In this document: piece by piece, positions 17,226-26,984 of the stretch | Layout of the letters: every line of letters starts with the position of its first letter | Numbering within the stretch: the stretch's first letter is position 1 | Source: Thermoplasmata archaeon | Lineage (GTDB): Archaea > Thermoplasmatota > Thermoplasmata > Lutacidiplasmatales > UBA184 | DNA: 64,000 nucleotides | Reading direction: 5' to 3' | Assembly (NCBI GenBank): GCA_028864975.1 | Contig: JAGWLG010000014.1 | Location: forward strand, 1 to 64,000 | Translations under genes and position numbers: made by a program | The notes under the pieces: generated by a model | Database searches by the model: none | Told to the model about the DNA's origin: nothing | The model's input: only the letters and a program-made list of their open reading frames with translations

Positions 17226-18551
17226 TCACGCGGCGCCTCCTCGGATCATGCTGGCGGGGGGTCGTCGTAGGAAGGCGACGAGCGAGGCGAGGCTCGAGAA
17301 GTCCTCCCACTCCACGACGGGAGAGCTCTGCCAGGCCTCGGAGAGTCGTCGTCGTCGGAGCAGCCGAACGAGGCGCAGCGTGATGTCCGCGTCCTCGGCC
17401 TGGTGGTCCATCCGCTCTGACTCCAAGGTCGAGGGGGACGGGCAGAGGAGCATGCAAGGGAAGCCGTTCCGCCGCAGGAAGTATCCTGCTCCCACGGTCT
17501 CGTCATCGATCATCGGGGTCAGCAGGAGCACCGGGGTCCCGATCGGAAAATGGCGTTGGAGGGAGATCGAGAGTCGCTCAACAGGGCCGGCCACCTCCGA
17601 CAGCCGGGCGTCCTGGAGCGTCTGCTCGATCGCGTAGCGTTGGACGCGGCCGCCACCCAAGGGGAGGATCTTCACGAACTCCCCGAAGATCACGAGCCCG
17701 ACGCGCGTCTTCTCCTTCAGGAGGTAGCGTGCGAGCCCAAGGGCCGCCGACCGCGCGACCCCGAGCAGATGTCGGTCGTCCCCTCCCGGGAGTCCGGAGG
17801 GTCGAGCGTCGACGCAGATGATCATCTCTCCGCTCCGCTCGGCGTGGTACTCGTTCGACGAGAGCTCCCCCCGACGTGCGGAGGCCCACCAGTTGATCTG
17901 GCGCGGCGTGTCCCCCGCGGCGTAGTTTCGGACCGAGACGAAGTCTCCCTGGGATGCGCGTCGCCGCGACCGCAGCTCTCCCGGGAGCGGGGTCGTCCTC
18001 TGGATCGCCAGGCGGGGGATCCTCCGGACCTCGGGGGGGTAGCGTTCCAGGCTCAACCCCTCCCCTCGGGTCGGCAGCAGGACCTCAGAGAGCCCCAGGG
18101 GGTCCCTCCATCGGATCTTCGGCGTCGTAAGGCGGACGAAGAGGGGTCGGAAGGGTCGAAGGCGGAAGCTGGTCCGCAACTGCGGGTCCTGCCCGACGAC
18201 CACCCGGCGGAGGACGCCGTCGATCGCGATCACGCCCTCCGGGGGCTCGATCTCCACCTCCAACCAGCCTCCGGGGAGCGGAGGGGTCGCCTCGAAGGTC
18301 ATGGCGATCTCGAGGTCCTCCTCGACCTCGGAGAGCTCCCCTCGCACCACGATCCGGGTGAGCGAGCGTGGCGCCAGGAGGAAGACCGATCCCGGCGCGA
18401 GGAGGAGCGGGGTCGCGAGCAGGATGGCGTCCGAGTTCCGCAGCAGAAGCCCCGCCACCAGGGCCGTGCCGCCGAGTCCGAAGAGGAGGAGCGCGCGGGC
18501 GCGCCAGGAGGGTCGGGGGGATTCCGGGAAGTAGCTCGGTTCCGCCGCCAA
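17226..18551 (-). CDS. DUF58 domain protein
   Basis: GDFVSVRNYAAGDTPRQINWWASARRG, IICVD, RVGLVIF, and position directly after MoxR. Start placed at TTG 18551. Confidence 0.85.
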   Translation of the reverse strand: MAAEPSYFPESPRPSWRARALLLFGLGGTALVAGLLLRNSDAILLATPLLLAPGSVFLLAPRSLTRIVVRGELSEVEEDLEIAMTFEATPPLPGGWLEVEIEPPEGVIAIDGVLRRVVVGQDPQLRTSFRLRPFRPLFVRLTTPKIRWRDPLGLSEVLLPTRGEGLSLERYPPEVRRIPRLAIQRTTPLPGELRSRRRASQGDFVSVRNYAAGDTPRQINWWASARRGELSSNEYHAERSGEMIICVDARPSGLPGGDDRHLLGVARSAALGLARYLLKEKTRVGLVIFGEFVKILPLGGGRVQRYAIEQTLQDARLSEVAGPVERLSISLQRHFPIGTPVLLLTPMIDDETVGAGYFLRRNGFPCMLLCPSPSTLESERMDHQAEDADITLRLVRLLRRRRLSEAWQSSPVVEWEDFSSLASLVAFLRRPPASMIRGGAA

Positions 18552-18592
18552 CGCTGCGCGACCTCTTCTCTCGCCCCGTCGACGGGCGGGGC

Positions 18593-19543
18593 CTAGTTCA
18601 CCTTCGGGACCGGCATCTTGCGCACGACCTCCGAGACCACGGTCGTCCCGCGCAGACCCCGGATCCACGGCTCCGGCTTGATGACGAGGCGGTGCGCCAG
18701 CGCGGGGAGGGCGAGCCCTTTCACATCGTCAGGAAGCGCGTAATCCCGTCCTTCGAGCAGCGCCTTCGCACGGGCGAGCTTCGCCAGGGCGAGGGACCCG
18801 CGGGGCGAGGCCCCCACCTCGACGCGAGGGTCGGCCCGCGTCGCGCTGACAAGGTCGACGATGTACCCCTCGAGCGCGGGCGAGAGGGCCACGCCCTCGA
18901 CGGAGGCTTGGAGCTGACGGAACTCTCCCGGGGCCAGCACAGGGGGAGGAGGTCGAAGCTCCGCCTTGGCCTCCCTCCGACGCGTTAGGATCGCTCGTTC
19001 TTCGGCCCCCGTGGGATACCCTAAGGTTAGCCGTAGGAGGAAGCGGTCCACCTGGGCTTCGGGAAGCGGGTAGGTCCCCTCGAGCTCGATGGGGTTCTGG
19101 GTCGCCATCACTAGGAAGGGGCGCTCCAGGGGGTAGGTCTGCCCTTCGGAGGTCACCTGATACTCCTGCATCGATTCCAGGAGTGCGGACTGGACCTTCG
19201 GTGGCGCCCGGTTGATCTCGTCCGCCAGCAGGACGTGGGTGAAGACCGGCCCTCGACGGAAGGAGAACTTCCCCGAGGAGGGGTCGTAGACCTCTCCCCC
19301 CGTGATGTCCGTTGGGAGAAGGTCGGCCGTGAACTGGACGCGGGTGAAGTTGAGCCCCAGGACCGAGGCGAAGGACTTCGCGACCAAGGTCTTCCCGAGA
19401 CCAGGAAGGTCCTCGAGGAGGACGTGCCCGTCGGCGAGGAGGCCCACGAGCAGGGTGCGCAGGGCTTCCTGCTTCCCCACCACGACCTGTCCGACCCCGG
19501 CGAGCACCGCTTCCAGGCGCGCCTTCGACGATCCCCCGTTCAT
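18593..19543 (-). CDS. moxR: MoxR family AAA+ ATPase
   Basis: HVLLEDLPGLGKT (Walker A), RVQFTADLLPTDITG, LLADEINRAPPKVQSALLE, ATQNPIE, GASPRG. Confidence 0.93.
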   Translation of the reverse strand: MNGGSSKARLEAVLAGVGQVVVGKQEALRTLLVGLLADGHVLLEDLPGLGKTLVAKSFASVLGLNFTRVQFTADLLPTDITGGEVYDPSSGKFSFRRGPVFTHVLLADEINRAPPKVQSALLESMQEYQVTSEGQTYPLERPFLVMATQNPIELEGTYPLPEAQVDRFLLRLTLGYPTGAEERAILTRRREAKAELRPPPPVLAPGEFRQLQASVEGVALSPALEGYIVDLVSATRADPRVEVGASPRGSLALAKLARAKALLEGRDYALPDDVKGLALPALAHRLVIKPEPWIRGLRGTTVVSEVVRKMPVPKVN

Positions 19544-19551
19544 CCCCCACC

Positions 19552-19965
19552 TCACGCCATGATCTCGATGCGGGCAACCTCGTCCCGCAGCAGCAGGTTG
19601 AACTCTTTCCTTGAGAATCCTAGGACCTCCTCGCGACGGTCGAGGACCCGACGGACGGGGGTGGAAGTCCCGGCCGTGTCGGCCGCCTCCAGGGCCTCCA
19701 GGATGTGCAGGCGGGCGAGCCCGTCCCCCGCGTACGCCTGGCGGACCCGCGTTTGCCACAGGGACGCCTCCGGAAGAACGAGCGGGGGGAGGTAAGGCAT
19801 CCGGAACGCCAGCGCGACCAGCCCGGCGAGGGTCAAAAAGGCGGCGGCGACCGCGCCGAAGAGGAGCGAAAGGTCCGTGCTGTCGATCTCAAGCGCGGCC
19901 AGAACGGCGGAGACGACCCCCAGGAAGATGAGGACCTTGAGCGCCGCGGATTCGAGGCGGCTCAT
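19552..19965 (-). CDS. Small membrane protein of the MoxR operon
   Basis: Two N-terminal TM helices; start overlaps the DUF4129 stop. Confidence 0.6.
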   Translation of the reverse strand: MSRLESAALKVLIFLGVVSAVLAALEIDSTDLSLLFGAVAAAFLTLAGLVALAFRMPYLPPLVLPEASLWQTRVRQAYAGDGLARLHILEALEAADTAGTSTPVRRVLDRREEVLGFSRKEFNLLLRDEVARIEIMA

Positions 19966-20999
19966 CGGACGGCCCCCGTGAGGGTCGCATCTTCCGTCGT
20001 GGTCGACGGGGTCGTGGTTGCCCCGGGCCCGGCCGCCTTGAGCTGGCCGAGGACGTCGGAGAGGGAGGCCTTGGCCGCCTTCGCCTGCTCCTCGCCCATG
20101 GGGTGGAGGCTGTAGCGCGCCTCCTCAAAGAGCGTACGTAAGGCATGCGCCGACGGAGAGTCGAGGCGCAGGTGCGTTCCCATCAGCCCCTCGACCTCGC
20201 GAGGGGTCGAGGTCTCCAGATCCGGGATGCCGCGCCCCTCCAGCTCCTTCAGCAACGCCGCGTAGGCCTCGACGATCCGCCGCTTCGCTTCGCCCAGCTC
20301 TCCCGCGTCCAGTTGGGCCACGGCTTCTTCGAGCTTCGTCAGGAGCTCCCGGCCGGGAGGCGGTGCGGCTCCCGGCCGAGGCTTCCCCCGCCGTACGAGA
20401 TAGGCGGCGACCGGGACCACGATCAAGGAGAGGACGATCCCCCCGCTCAAGGCGAAGAGCGTGGGCGTGTACGGGGAAGCCAGAAGGGAGCCCGGGGTGG
20501 AATTGGTCCGGGTGCTCCCGTTGTTGGTCCCTCCGCCACCGGGAGGTGGAGGGGGGCCCGTCGTGCCATTGGTCGAGTTGCCGGTGCCACCGGGGCCTAA
20601 GGACCCCCAGGAACGGTGTTGCTGGGAGAGGCTCGCGAGCCCGAGGAGGCCGAAGATGACGAGGACCACCATCAGGAACGCGAGGAGGGTCACTCCCGAG
20701 CCCTGAGCGAACCAAGACCCGCTCTTCCGATTGCGGACGCGCACGTAGACGAAGCCCAGAACGAGGGAAGCTAGGAGGACGGAGAAGACGATGAACCCGA
20801 CCTCGTATGTGTAGGGGGAACCGAAGCGGGTAGGAGGAGGGAGGGTCTGGAAACTTCCCAGGAGCCCGGCCGTCGCCCCCAACCCCAGAGAGAACAGCAG
20901 CACGAACATGATGGCCAGTGACCCGCGGTCGATCCCTCTCAGCCCCGCAAGGGCGCCTTTCGAATTGGGGGAGGGGAGGACGGCCGAACCCTCCGACAT
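19962..20999 (-). CDS. DUF4129 domain membrane protein
   Basis: TM segments, Gly/Pro/Thr linker, C-terminal IVEAYAALLKEL..TSTPRE..LRTLFEEARYS motif. Confidence 0.8.
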   Translation of the reverse strand: MSEGSAVLPSPNSKGALAGLRGIDRGSLAIMFVLLFSLGLGATAGLLGSFQTLPPPTRFGSPYTYEVGFIVFSVLLASLVLGFVYVRVRNRKSGSWFAQGSGVTLLAFLMVVLVIFGLLGLASLSQQHRSWGSLGPGGTGNSTNGTTGPPPPPGGGGTNNGSTRTNSTPGSLLASPYTPTLFALSGGIVLSLIVVPVAAYLVRRGKPRPGAAPPPGRELLTKLEEAVAQLDAGELGEAKRRIVEAYAALLKELEGRGIPDLETSTPREVEGLMGTHLRLDSPSAHALRTLFEEARYSLHPMGEEQAKAAKASLSDVLGQLKAAGPGATTTPSTTTEDATLTGAVR

Positions 21000-21030
21000 G
21001 TCCAGGCGAGGTCAGCGGTGCATCATATCC

Positions 21031-22212
21031 CTATCCGATAGGAAGGACTTGCTTCGAGACCCGATACCGACGCACCTGCCGCTCCTCCGGCTCGACCCCG
21101 ATGCCGGGGCCCTTGGGCACCCGGAGGACGCTCCCCCTCTCGAGCCGCAACGAAGGTTCGACCACGTCCTGCTTCCAGTAGCGATCCGACGCCGAGAGGT
21201 CCGCGGGCAAGCGGAAGTTCGGTAGGCTCGCGAGATGCAGGTTGTGGGCGCGCCCGATGCCCGTCTCGAGCATCCCACCGCACCAGACCGGGACCCTCGC
21301 ACGCTCGGCCCGGTCGTGCAGGGCGACGGCACTCGTGAACCCGCCCACGCGGCCTGGCTTGATGTTGAGGCATCCCAGGGCTCCTTCGCGAAGCGCGAGC
21401 TCGAGCGAGCCCATCGACCTTACCGATTCGTCGAGACAGACCAGGGTCTTTCTTCCAAGCGCCCGGGCCAAGCGAGCATGCAGAAGCACGTCCTCCTCTT
21501 CGAATGGCTGTTCGACCACCTCGAGCTTGGCTTCGCGGGCGAGACGGCGGAGGGCGGGAAGGTCTCGGCCGCCGTAGGCCTGGTTCGCGTCGACCCAAAT
21601 CCGAGCTCCGGGGAAGGCCCTTCGAGCGGCCAGGACGAACGGGCGGTCCCTTCCCGGCTCCACCTTGAGCTTGAGCCGGCCGTAGCCCTGGGCAGCGTAG
21701 CACTCGAGCTGCCGGACCAGCTCTTCGGGGGTGGGTGCAAGTCCGACGGATACTCCGACCTCGACACGGTCCCTGAGCGCTCGGTCAGGGGCGAGCAGGC
21801 GCTGGAGCGGGAGATGGGCATGGCGCGCCGCGAGGTCCCAGAGCGCCATCTCCACCATCGCCTTCGCCATGGGATGGCCACGGACCCGGGAGGCTGCGGC
21901 GAGGAACGCCTGAGGTGAGGCGGCTTCGGAGGTCGAGGCCAGCGCGGGCCGGAGGTAGCGGAACAGGACCTCCCGGACCGTTCCTACGGACTCGTACGAG
22001 TAGAGAGGGTCACGCCCTGCGACGCACTCTCCGTAGCCCTGCTCGCCCCCTCTTTCCTCCAGCGTCAGCAGCAGGACCCGACGCGCCTTCTCGGTCCCGA
22101 AGCTCGTCGTGAACGGGCGAACGAGCGGGATCTCGAGCTCCTCGAGCACCGCACGACGAAGACGCAGCCCCCCGGGGTTGGGCGGTCCCTTCGGCTTCGC
22201 GCGGGAGGGCAT
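21031..22212 (-). CDS. menC: o-succinylbenzoate synthase / N-succinylamino acid racemase (enolase superfamily)
   Basis: PFTTSFG, KLK, VDANQAY, VEQPF, LDES, NIKPGRVGG, WCGGMLETG, ASDRYW. Confidence 0.85.
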   Translation of the reverse strand: MPSRAKPKGPPNPGGLRLRRAVLEELEIPLVRPFTTSFGTEKARRVLLLTLEERGGEQGYGECVAGRDPLYSYESVGTVREVLFRYLRPALASTSEAASPQAFLAAASRVRGHPMAKAMVEMALWDLAARHAHLPLQRLLAPDRALRDRVEVGVSVGLAPTPEELVRQLECYAAQGYGRLKLKVEPGRDRPFVLAARRAFPGARIWVDANQAYGGRDLPALRRLAREAKLEVVEQPFEEEDVLLHARLARALGRKTLVCLDESVRSMGSLELALREGALGCLNIKPGRVGGFTSAVALHDRAERARVPVWCGGMLETGIGRAHNLHLASLPNFRLPADLSASDRYWKQDVVEPSLRLERGSVLRVPKGPGIGVEPEERQVRRYRVSKQVLPIG

Positions 22213-22243
22213 CGACCTTCCCACCTGGGTCTCGCCTCTCACC

Positions 22244-23125
22244 TCAAGGCGCGACGGAGGGCTCCGATGTGGCGGACTCGGGAGGGCGGGGCGCAAGGAA
22301 GTAGAAGGCCCGCCGTTCGTGGTCGACGTTCACGATGGCGAAGTCGTCCACCCCCCATCCCAGGTCGTGAGCAGCGCGGAAGGCTTCCCGTGTCGCCTGT
22401 CTCCACCCCTTGAGGTCCTGGGGCTGATGCTCCCGCAAGGCGGAGAGGTCGAAGGGGACCTCAAGGACCGCCGACGTCTTGTCGCTCTCAGGCTCGTGGA
22501 CCTCCCTAGGGATGCGGAGCCCCGCCTCCCCCAGGTCTGTCGTGAGCAGGACCTGGCTCGCCCCGTGCCGCTCTTGGTCCTCCTCCTTGGAGGGGATCTT
22601 CCCCTGGAGCCGCTCCTCGACATGGGGGGAGTTGAGGAGCCAGGTGACCCGAACGCGGTCGGTCGGGATCCCCCCGGTCTGCTCGGTGTCCATGGCCCCG
22701 TAGTAGTGGTGCATGTACCGGTCCGGGTACGCTCCCAGCTTGCGGACGTTCAGGTTCGCGTTCTTGGCGACCAGGGGGTCGAACGTCCACCGGACCTTCG
22801 AGAGCCCGGCCTTCACGACCTCCTCCCGCTGGGCCTTCTTCAGGCGTAGACCCACGCCATGGTTCTGGTACTCGGGAAGGACCGCGTTCATGTGGGACCA
22901 GTAGTAGAGCTCCTGGCCATCCCACGCCACGAAGGCGAGGTTGAACCCCACCAGGTGGATGTCGTGGAAGGCCCCCAGGATGAGCCCCCCGTTGTCCTGG
23001 ATGGCCCGCTGCAGCGACGCAGGGACGGGATGCTCGCTCCGCATCCCCCACGCCTTGACCTGGACCTCTTCCGCCATGCGGAACTCCTCCGGCGTGCGAA
23101 GCTTCCGCGTCTGGAGCTCGGGCAT
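22244..23125 (-). CDS. GNAT family N-acyltransferase (candidate amino-acid N-succinyltransferase)
   Basis: YYWSHMNAVLPEYQNHGVGLRLKKAQR, WTFDPLVAKNANLN..KLGA, PTDR. Directly upstream of menC. Confidence 0.8.
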   Translation of the reverse strand: MPELQTRKLRTPEEFRMAEEVQVKAWGMRSEHPVPASLQRAIQDNGGLILGAFHDIHLVGFNLAFVAWDGQELYYWSHMNAVLPEYQNHGVGLRLKKAQREEVVKAGLSKVRWTFDPLVAKNANLNVRKLGAYPDRYMHHYYGAMDTEQTGGIPTDRVRVTWLLNSPHVEERLQGKIPSKEEDQERHGASQVLLTTDLGEAGLRIPREVHEPESDKTSAVLEVPFDLSALREHQPQDLKGWRQATREAFRAAHDLGWGVDDFAIVNVDHERRAFYFLAPRPPESATSEPSVAP

Positions 23126-23183
23126 GGACGGGGCGACGAGCGCCCGTCCCCTCTTGAACCCGGAGGGGAACCGAGGTCGTGGC

Positions 23184-23741
23184 TCAGACCCGGATCTTGA
23201 GCTCGAGCTTCTTGCGGACCAGACGGACCTCGTCCTCGGGCGTCAGGTCCCAGAGCAGGTCCTCGGCCTCGGTCACGTTCCGAAGGAACTCGGCCTTGCT
23301 TCGGGTCTTCATCAGGTGCTCGAACCGGCGCCGTGCGACCATGTAGACCCCGACCAGGTAGGCGCCAATGAGGGCCATGAGCCCCCCACCAGGGAGCATG
23401 GCGAGGGTCCAGTCCGGGCCTGTGTAGGAGCCCGTGGGACTATCGGTTCCCTTCAAGGGCTGCTCGAGCCACGCGAGCGAGCCCCCCGGGTCCCCCAGCG
23501 GGGTCCACGCGAAAAGGCCGATGAGGCAGAGGATCGACCCGAGGACCAGCACGGCGATGGAGATGGCGAACCGGTAGGTCCGTAGCCCCCGGCGCAAGGT
23601 CGTCGAGAAGCTCATCGGAGGGGCGGTTTCCTTCTCCTCCTTGCTCTCCTCTCCCTTCGGAGCCTCCTCCTTGGAGCCCTCCTCCGCCTCGGTCGCTTCC
23701 GTCTCGGCGGAGTCCTCGGGGTCGTCCTTCTCGCGCTTCAA
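23184..23741 (-). CDS. DUF3198-like archaeal membrane protein
   Basis: Two TM helices then RRRFEHLMKTRSKAEFLRN..ELKI, resembling the Thermoplasmata DUF3198 pattern. Confidence 0.6.
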   Translation of the reverse strand: MKREKDDPEDSAETEATEAEEGSKEEAPKGEESKEEKETAPPMSFSTTLRRGLRTYRFAISIAVLVLGSILCLIGLFAWTPLGDPGGSLAWLEQPLKGTDSPTGSYTGPDWTLAMLPGGGLMALIGAYLVGVYMVARRRFEHLMKTRSKAEFLRNVTEAEDLLWDLTPEDEVRLVRKKLELKIRV

Positions 23742-23913
23742 GCTCCCGTCCCTAACGGAAGCCCTTCAAGAGTCTTGTCCCACGTCCTCCGAGAGCCACG
23801 AGGGGGGGAGGGGGGCCCTTCGCCTCGCCCCCCCGCCCTCTGAGACCCCTTTGGAGGTCGTGGCCAAGTTCAAATCATCCCCGACCTGAGAGCAGTCGCG
23901 AGGCGAACCTACC

Positions 23914-24912
23914 GTGGGACGAAGCTCGGTCGTGACGAAGACCCCGTTCCGGGTCACCTTCGCGGGCGGGGGCACGGACCTCCCTGACTACTACCGCAGC
24001 CACGGACCGGGGGCCTGCGTCGCGGGGGCCATGAACAAGGGGATCTACGTCATGGTCGTCGAGAACTTCGACCGAGACGAAATTCGGGTTAGCTACAGGA
24101 TCACCGAGGACGCCAAGAAGAGCGTGGATGAGATCGAACACGGGTCCATTCGGGAGGCCATGCGACTTCTCAGGATTCCGAGCGGGATCCAAGTGATCAC
24201 CGCGACCCAGATGCCCTCCAGAGGGACGGGGATTGGGTCGAGTAGCAGTTGCGCTGTCGGGGTGTTGAACGCCCTCCATACCTGGAAGGGGGAGAAGGTC
24301 TCTCCTCGGCAGCTCGCCCGCGAGGCGGTCAAGATCGAGCGGGAGGTCCTGAAGGAGGCAGGTGGGATCCAGGACCAGTATGTGGCCGCCTATGGCGGCC
24401 TGAACCTGATCGAGGTCGCGCGCGACGGTTCGGTCTCCGTCCAGAGCCTCGCCTTGGACCATGAGGGACTGGAAGAGCTCAACCGTCACCAGATGCTTTT
24501 CTTCACCGGGATCGAGCGGTCTTCTGCATCAATCCACTTGAACCAGGCCAACGACATGAAGGACCACCTCGCGGAGTACGACCACATGCGCGACCTTGCC
24601 CGAGGGACGGCGAAGGCGCTGGAGGCTCTGGACCTCGCGGAGGTGGGTCGCCTCATGGACAAGAACTGGGAGCTCAAGCAGAAGCTCTCGGACGGGATCT
24701 CCAATCCTCGGGTGGACGAGCTCTACAAGGCCGCAAAGAAGGCCGGCGCTCTCGGGGGGAAGCTCATGGGGGCCGGTGGGGGAGGCTTCCTCTTCCTGCT
24801 CGCCCCGCCCGAACGACAGGGCGGTATCGAGCGGGCCCTGCAACGCCTGGGGGCGTTCCTCACCCCCGTACGGCTGGAGCTCGAAGGGAGCGCCGTCGTC
24901 CATCAGGACTGA
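23914..24912 (+). CDS. GHMP sugar kinase, HddA (heptose-7-phosphate kinase)-like
   Basis: KTPFRVTFAGGGTD, PSRGTGIGSSSS, GIQDQYVAAYGGLN, GKLMGAGGGGF. Confidence 0.8.
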   Translation: MGRSSVVTKTPFRVTFAGGGTDLPDYYRSHGPGACVAGAMNKGIYVMVVENFDRDEIRVSYRITEDAKKSVDEIEHGSIREAMRLLRIPSGIQVITATQMPSRGTGIGSSSSCAVGVLNALHTWKGEKVSPRQLAREAVKIEREVLKEAGGIQDQYVAAYGGLNLIEVARDGSVSVQSLALDHEGLEELNRHQMLFFTGIERSSASIHLNQANDMKDHLAEYDHMRDLARGTAKALEALDLAEVGRLMDKNWELKQKLSDGISNPRVDELYKAAKKAGALGGKLMGAGGGGFLFLLAPPERQGGIERALQRLGAFLTPVRLELEGSAVVHQD

Positions 24913-24957
24913 CAGGGTTTCCGGAAGGGTCTTAGGCCTGGTCCCGGTCCAGACCCG

Positions 24958-26940
24958 ATGCCCGGAGCGGAACGCGATAGGGACGAAACCCAACTACCGT
25001 TCGAGCAGCGGTACGTCCCGTCGGCCGCCTACCGCGACCTGCTGCATCAAGCCCTCAGGGACCCCGAACGGTTCTGGAGGGCGCTCGCCCTTCGGGAGAT
25101 CCATTGGGACCACACGTTCTCCAAGGTGGTCGGGGGCGAGGCCCCCTTCTGGAAGTGGTTCGAGGGGGGATTGCTGAACGCCTCCTACAACTGCCTCGAC
25201 CGACACCTGGAGGCGGGTCGCGGAAGCCGGGTCGCTTATCACTGGGAGGGCGAGCCGGGCGACACCCGGACGGTCACCTATCGGGACCTTCTCGCACTGG
25301 TCGAACGTTCCGCAGGAGCGCTCTCGGAGCTCGGGCTACACCGAGGCGACAGGATCGCGCTCTACCTCCCGATGATCCCCGAGACCCCCGCGATCATGCT
25401 GGCCGCGGCCCGGCTCGGTATCGTGTTCACGACGGTCTTCTCGGGTTTCTCGGCCGAATCTCTCGCGGGGCGGATCCGGGACTCGGGGGCCCGCGCGGTC
25501 GTGACCGCCGACGGGACCTACCGACGGGGGAAGTTCCTCGCGCTCAAACCGGTCGCGGACCAGGCGGCGGAGCATTGCCCTTCGGTAGAGAAGATGCTGG
25601 TGGTCCAGCGGGGAGCCGACCCTCCTGCGCTCCGGGAAGGGCGGGACGTAGCTTTCCTGGACGCGACCAAGCGAGCACCGCGTCATGCGGCAGCCCAACC
25701 GCTTCCTTCCGATCATCCCCTCTACATGCTCTATACGAGCGGGACGACGGGCAGACCGAAGGGGGTCGTGCATGGCACCGGGGGGTACTTGGTCCACGCC
25801 GCGGCCACGATGCGTTGGGTGTTCGACGACCGCCCCGAGAGCGACACCTTCTGGTGCGCAGCGGACATCGGGTGGGTCACCGGTCACACGTACATCGTCT
25901 TCGGCCCGCTCCTCCGGGGCATGACGAGCGTGCTCTACGAAGGCGGCTTCGACATCCCGACCCCGGACCGCATGTGGTCGATCGTCGAGCGCTACGGGGT
26001 CACGACGCTCTACACCTCCCCCACAGCCATTCGATCCCTGATGAAGCACGGGGACGCCATTCCGCGGGCCCACGACCTCTCCTCGCTGCGCCTGCTCGGC
26101 ACGGTGGGGGAGGCGATCAATCCCGCCGCGTGGGAGTGGTACTATCGTGTCATCGGAGGAGAGCGCTGCCCCATCGTGGACACGTGGTGGCAGACGGAGA
26201 CCGGGGGGATCCTGATCTCGCCGGCCCCTGGGCTCGCGACCCTCCCCTTGAAACCGGGCTCTGCGACCCTTCCGCTCCCTGGGGTCGATGCGGATGTGGT
26301 GGATGAGCAGGGGAAGCCTGTCCCCGCCCTAACGAAGGGGTTCCTCGTCGTGCGCCGTCCTTGGCCGGGGATGTTCCTGACGCTCTACAACGACCCGGAG
26401 CGCTTTCGGCAGGTCTACTTCTCGCGGTTCCCGGGGGTCTACTACACCGGCGACTACGCGGTACGGGACCTTGACGGGTACTTCTGGCTCTTGGGGCGCG
26501 CGGACGAGGTCCTGAAGGTCGCCGGCCATCGGCTCGGGACGATCGAGATCGAGGATGCCCTGGTCTCGCATCCTGCGGTCGCCGAAGCCGCTGTGGTGGG
26601 CCAGAGGGATGACGTGAAGGGGGAGGTCATCGCCGCGTTCGTGACGTTGCGCTCGGGCCGGCACGCGAGCCACGAGCTCTCGGAGGAGCTTCGCCGCCAT
26701 GTCCGCGAGGTCATGGGTCCCGTCGCCACCCCCGAGGCGATCCACTTCGTGGCCGCCCTGCCGAAGACGCGGAGCGGGAAGATCATGCGACGTGTCATCC
26801 GTGCTGTCGCAAATCAGGAGACCGTGGGGGACGTAACGACCCTCGAGGATGAGGCGACCGTCGAAGAGGTACGGCGGGAGATGGGCGCCCTGCGTCACGC
26901 CCTCGGGCGAGAGCCGGCGTCGAAGGCCCCGTCGAGCTGA
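24958..26940 (+). CDS. acs: Acetyl-CoA synthetase (AMP-forming)
   Basis: WFEGGLLNASYNCLDRH, YTSGTTGRPKG, VDTWWQTETGG, LGRADEVLKVAGHR, LPKTRSGKIMRR. Confidence 0.95.
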   Translation: MPGAERDRDETQLPFEQRYVPSAAYRDLLHQALRDPERFWRALALREIHWDHTFSKVVGGEAPFWKWFEGGLLNASYNCLDRHLEAGRGSRVAYHWEGEPGDTRTVTYRDLLALVERSAGALSELGLHRGDRIALYLPMIPETPAIMLAAARLGIVFTTVFSGFSAESLAGRIRDSGARAVVTADGTYRRGKFLALKPVADQAAEHCPSVEKMLVVQRGADPPALREGRDVAFLDATKRAPRHAAAQPLPSDHPLYMLYTSGTTGRPKGVVHGTGGYLVHAAATMRWVFDDRPESDTFWCAADIGWVTGHTYIVFGPLLRGMTSVLYEGGFDIPTPDRMWSIVERYGVTTLYTSPTAIRSLMKHGDAIPRAHDLSSLRLLGTVGEAINPAAWEWYYRVIGGERCPIVDTWWQTETGGILISPAPGLATLPLKPGSATLPLPGVDADVVDEQGKPVPALTKGFLVVRRPWPGMFLTLYNDPERFRQVYFSRFPGVYYTGDYAVRDLDGYFWLLGRADEVLKVAGHRLGTIEIEDALVSHPAVAEAAVVGQRDDVKGEVIAAFVTLRSGRHASHELSEELRRHVREVMGPVATPEAIHFVAALPKTRSGKIMRRVIRAVANQETVGDVTTLEDEATVEEVRREMGALRHALGREPASKAPSS

Positions 26941-26984
26941 CTTGGAGTAGGCGGACCCACCGCGTAGGATCAGGTCTCCGTTCG

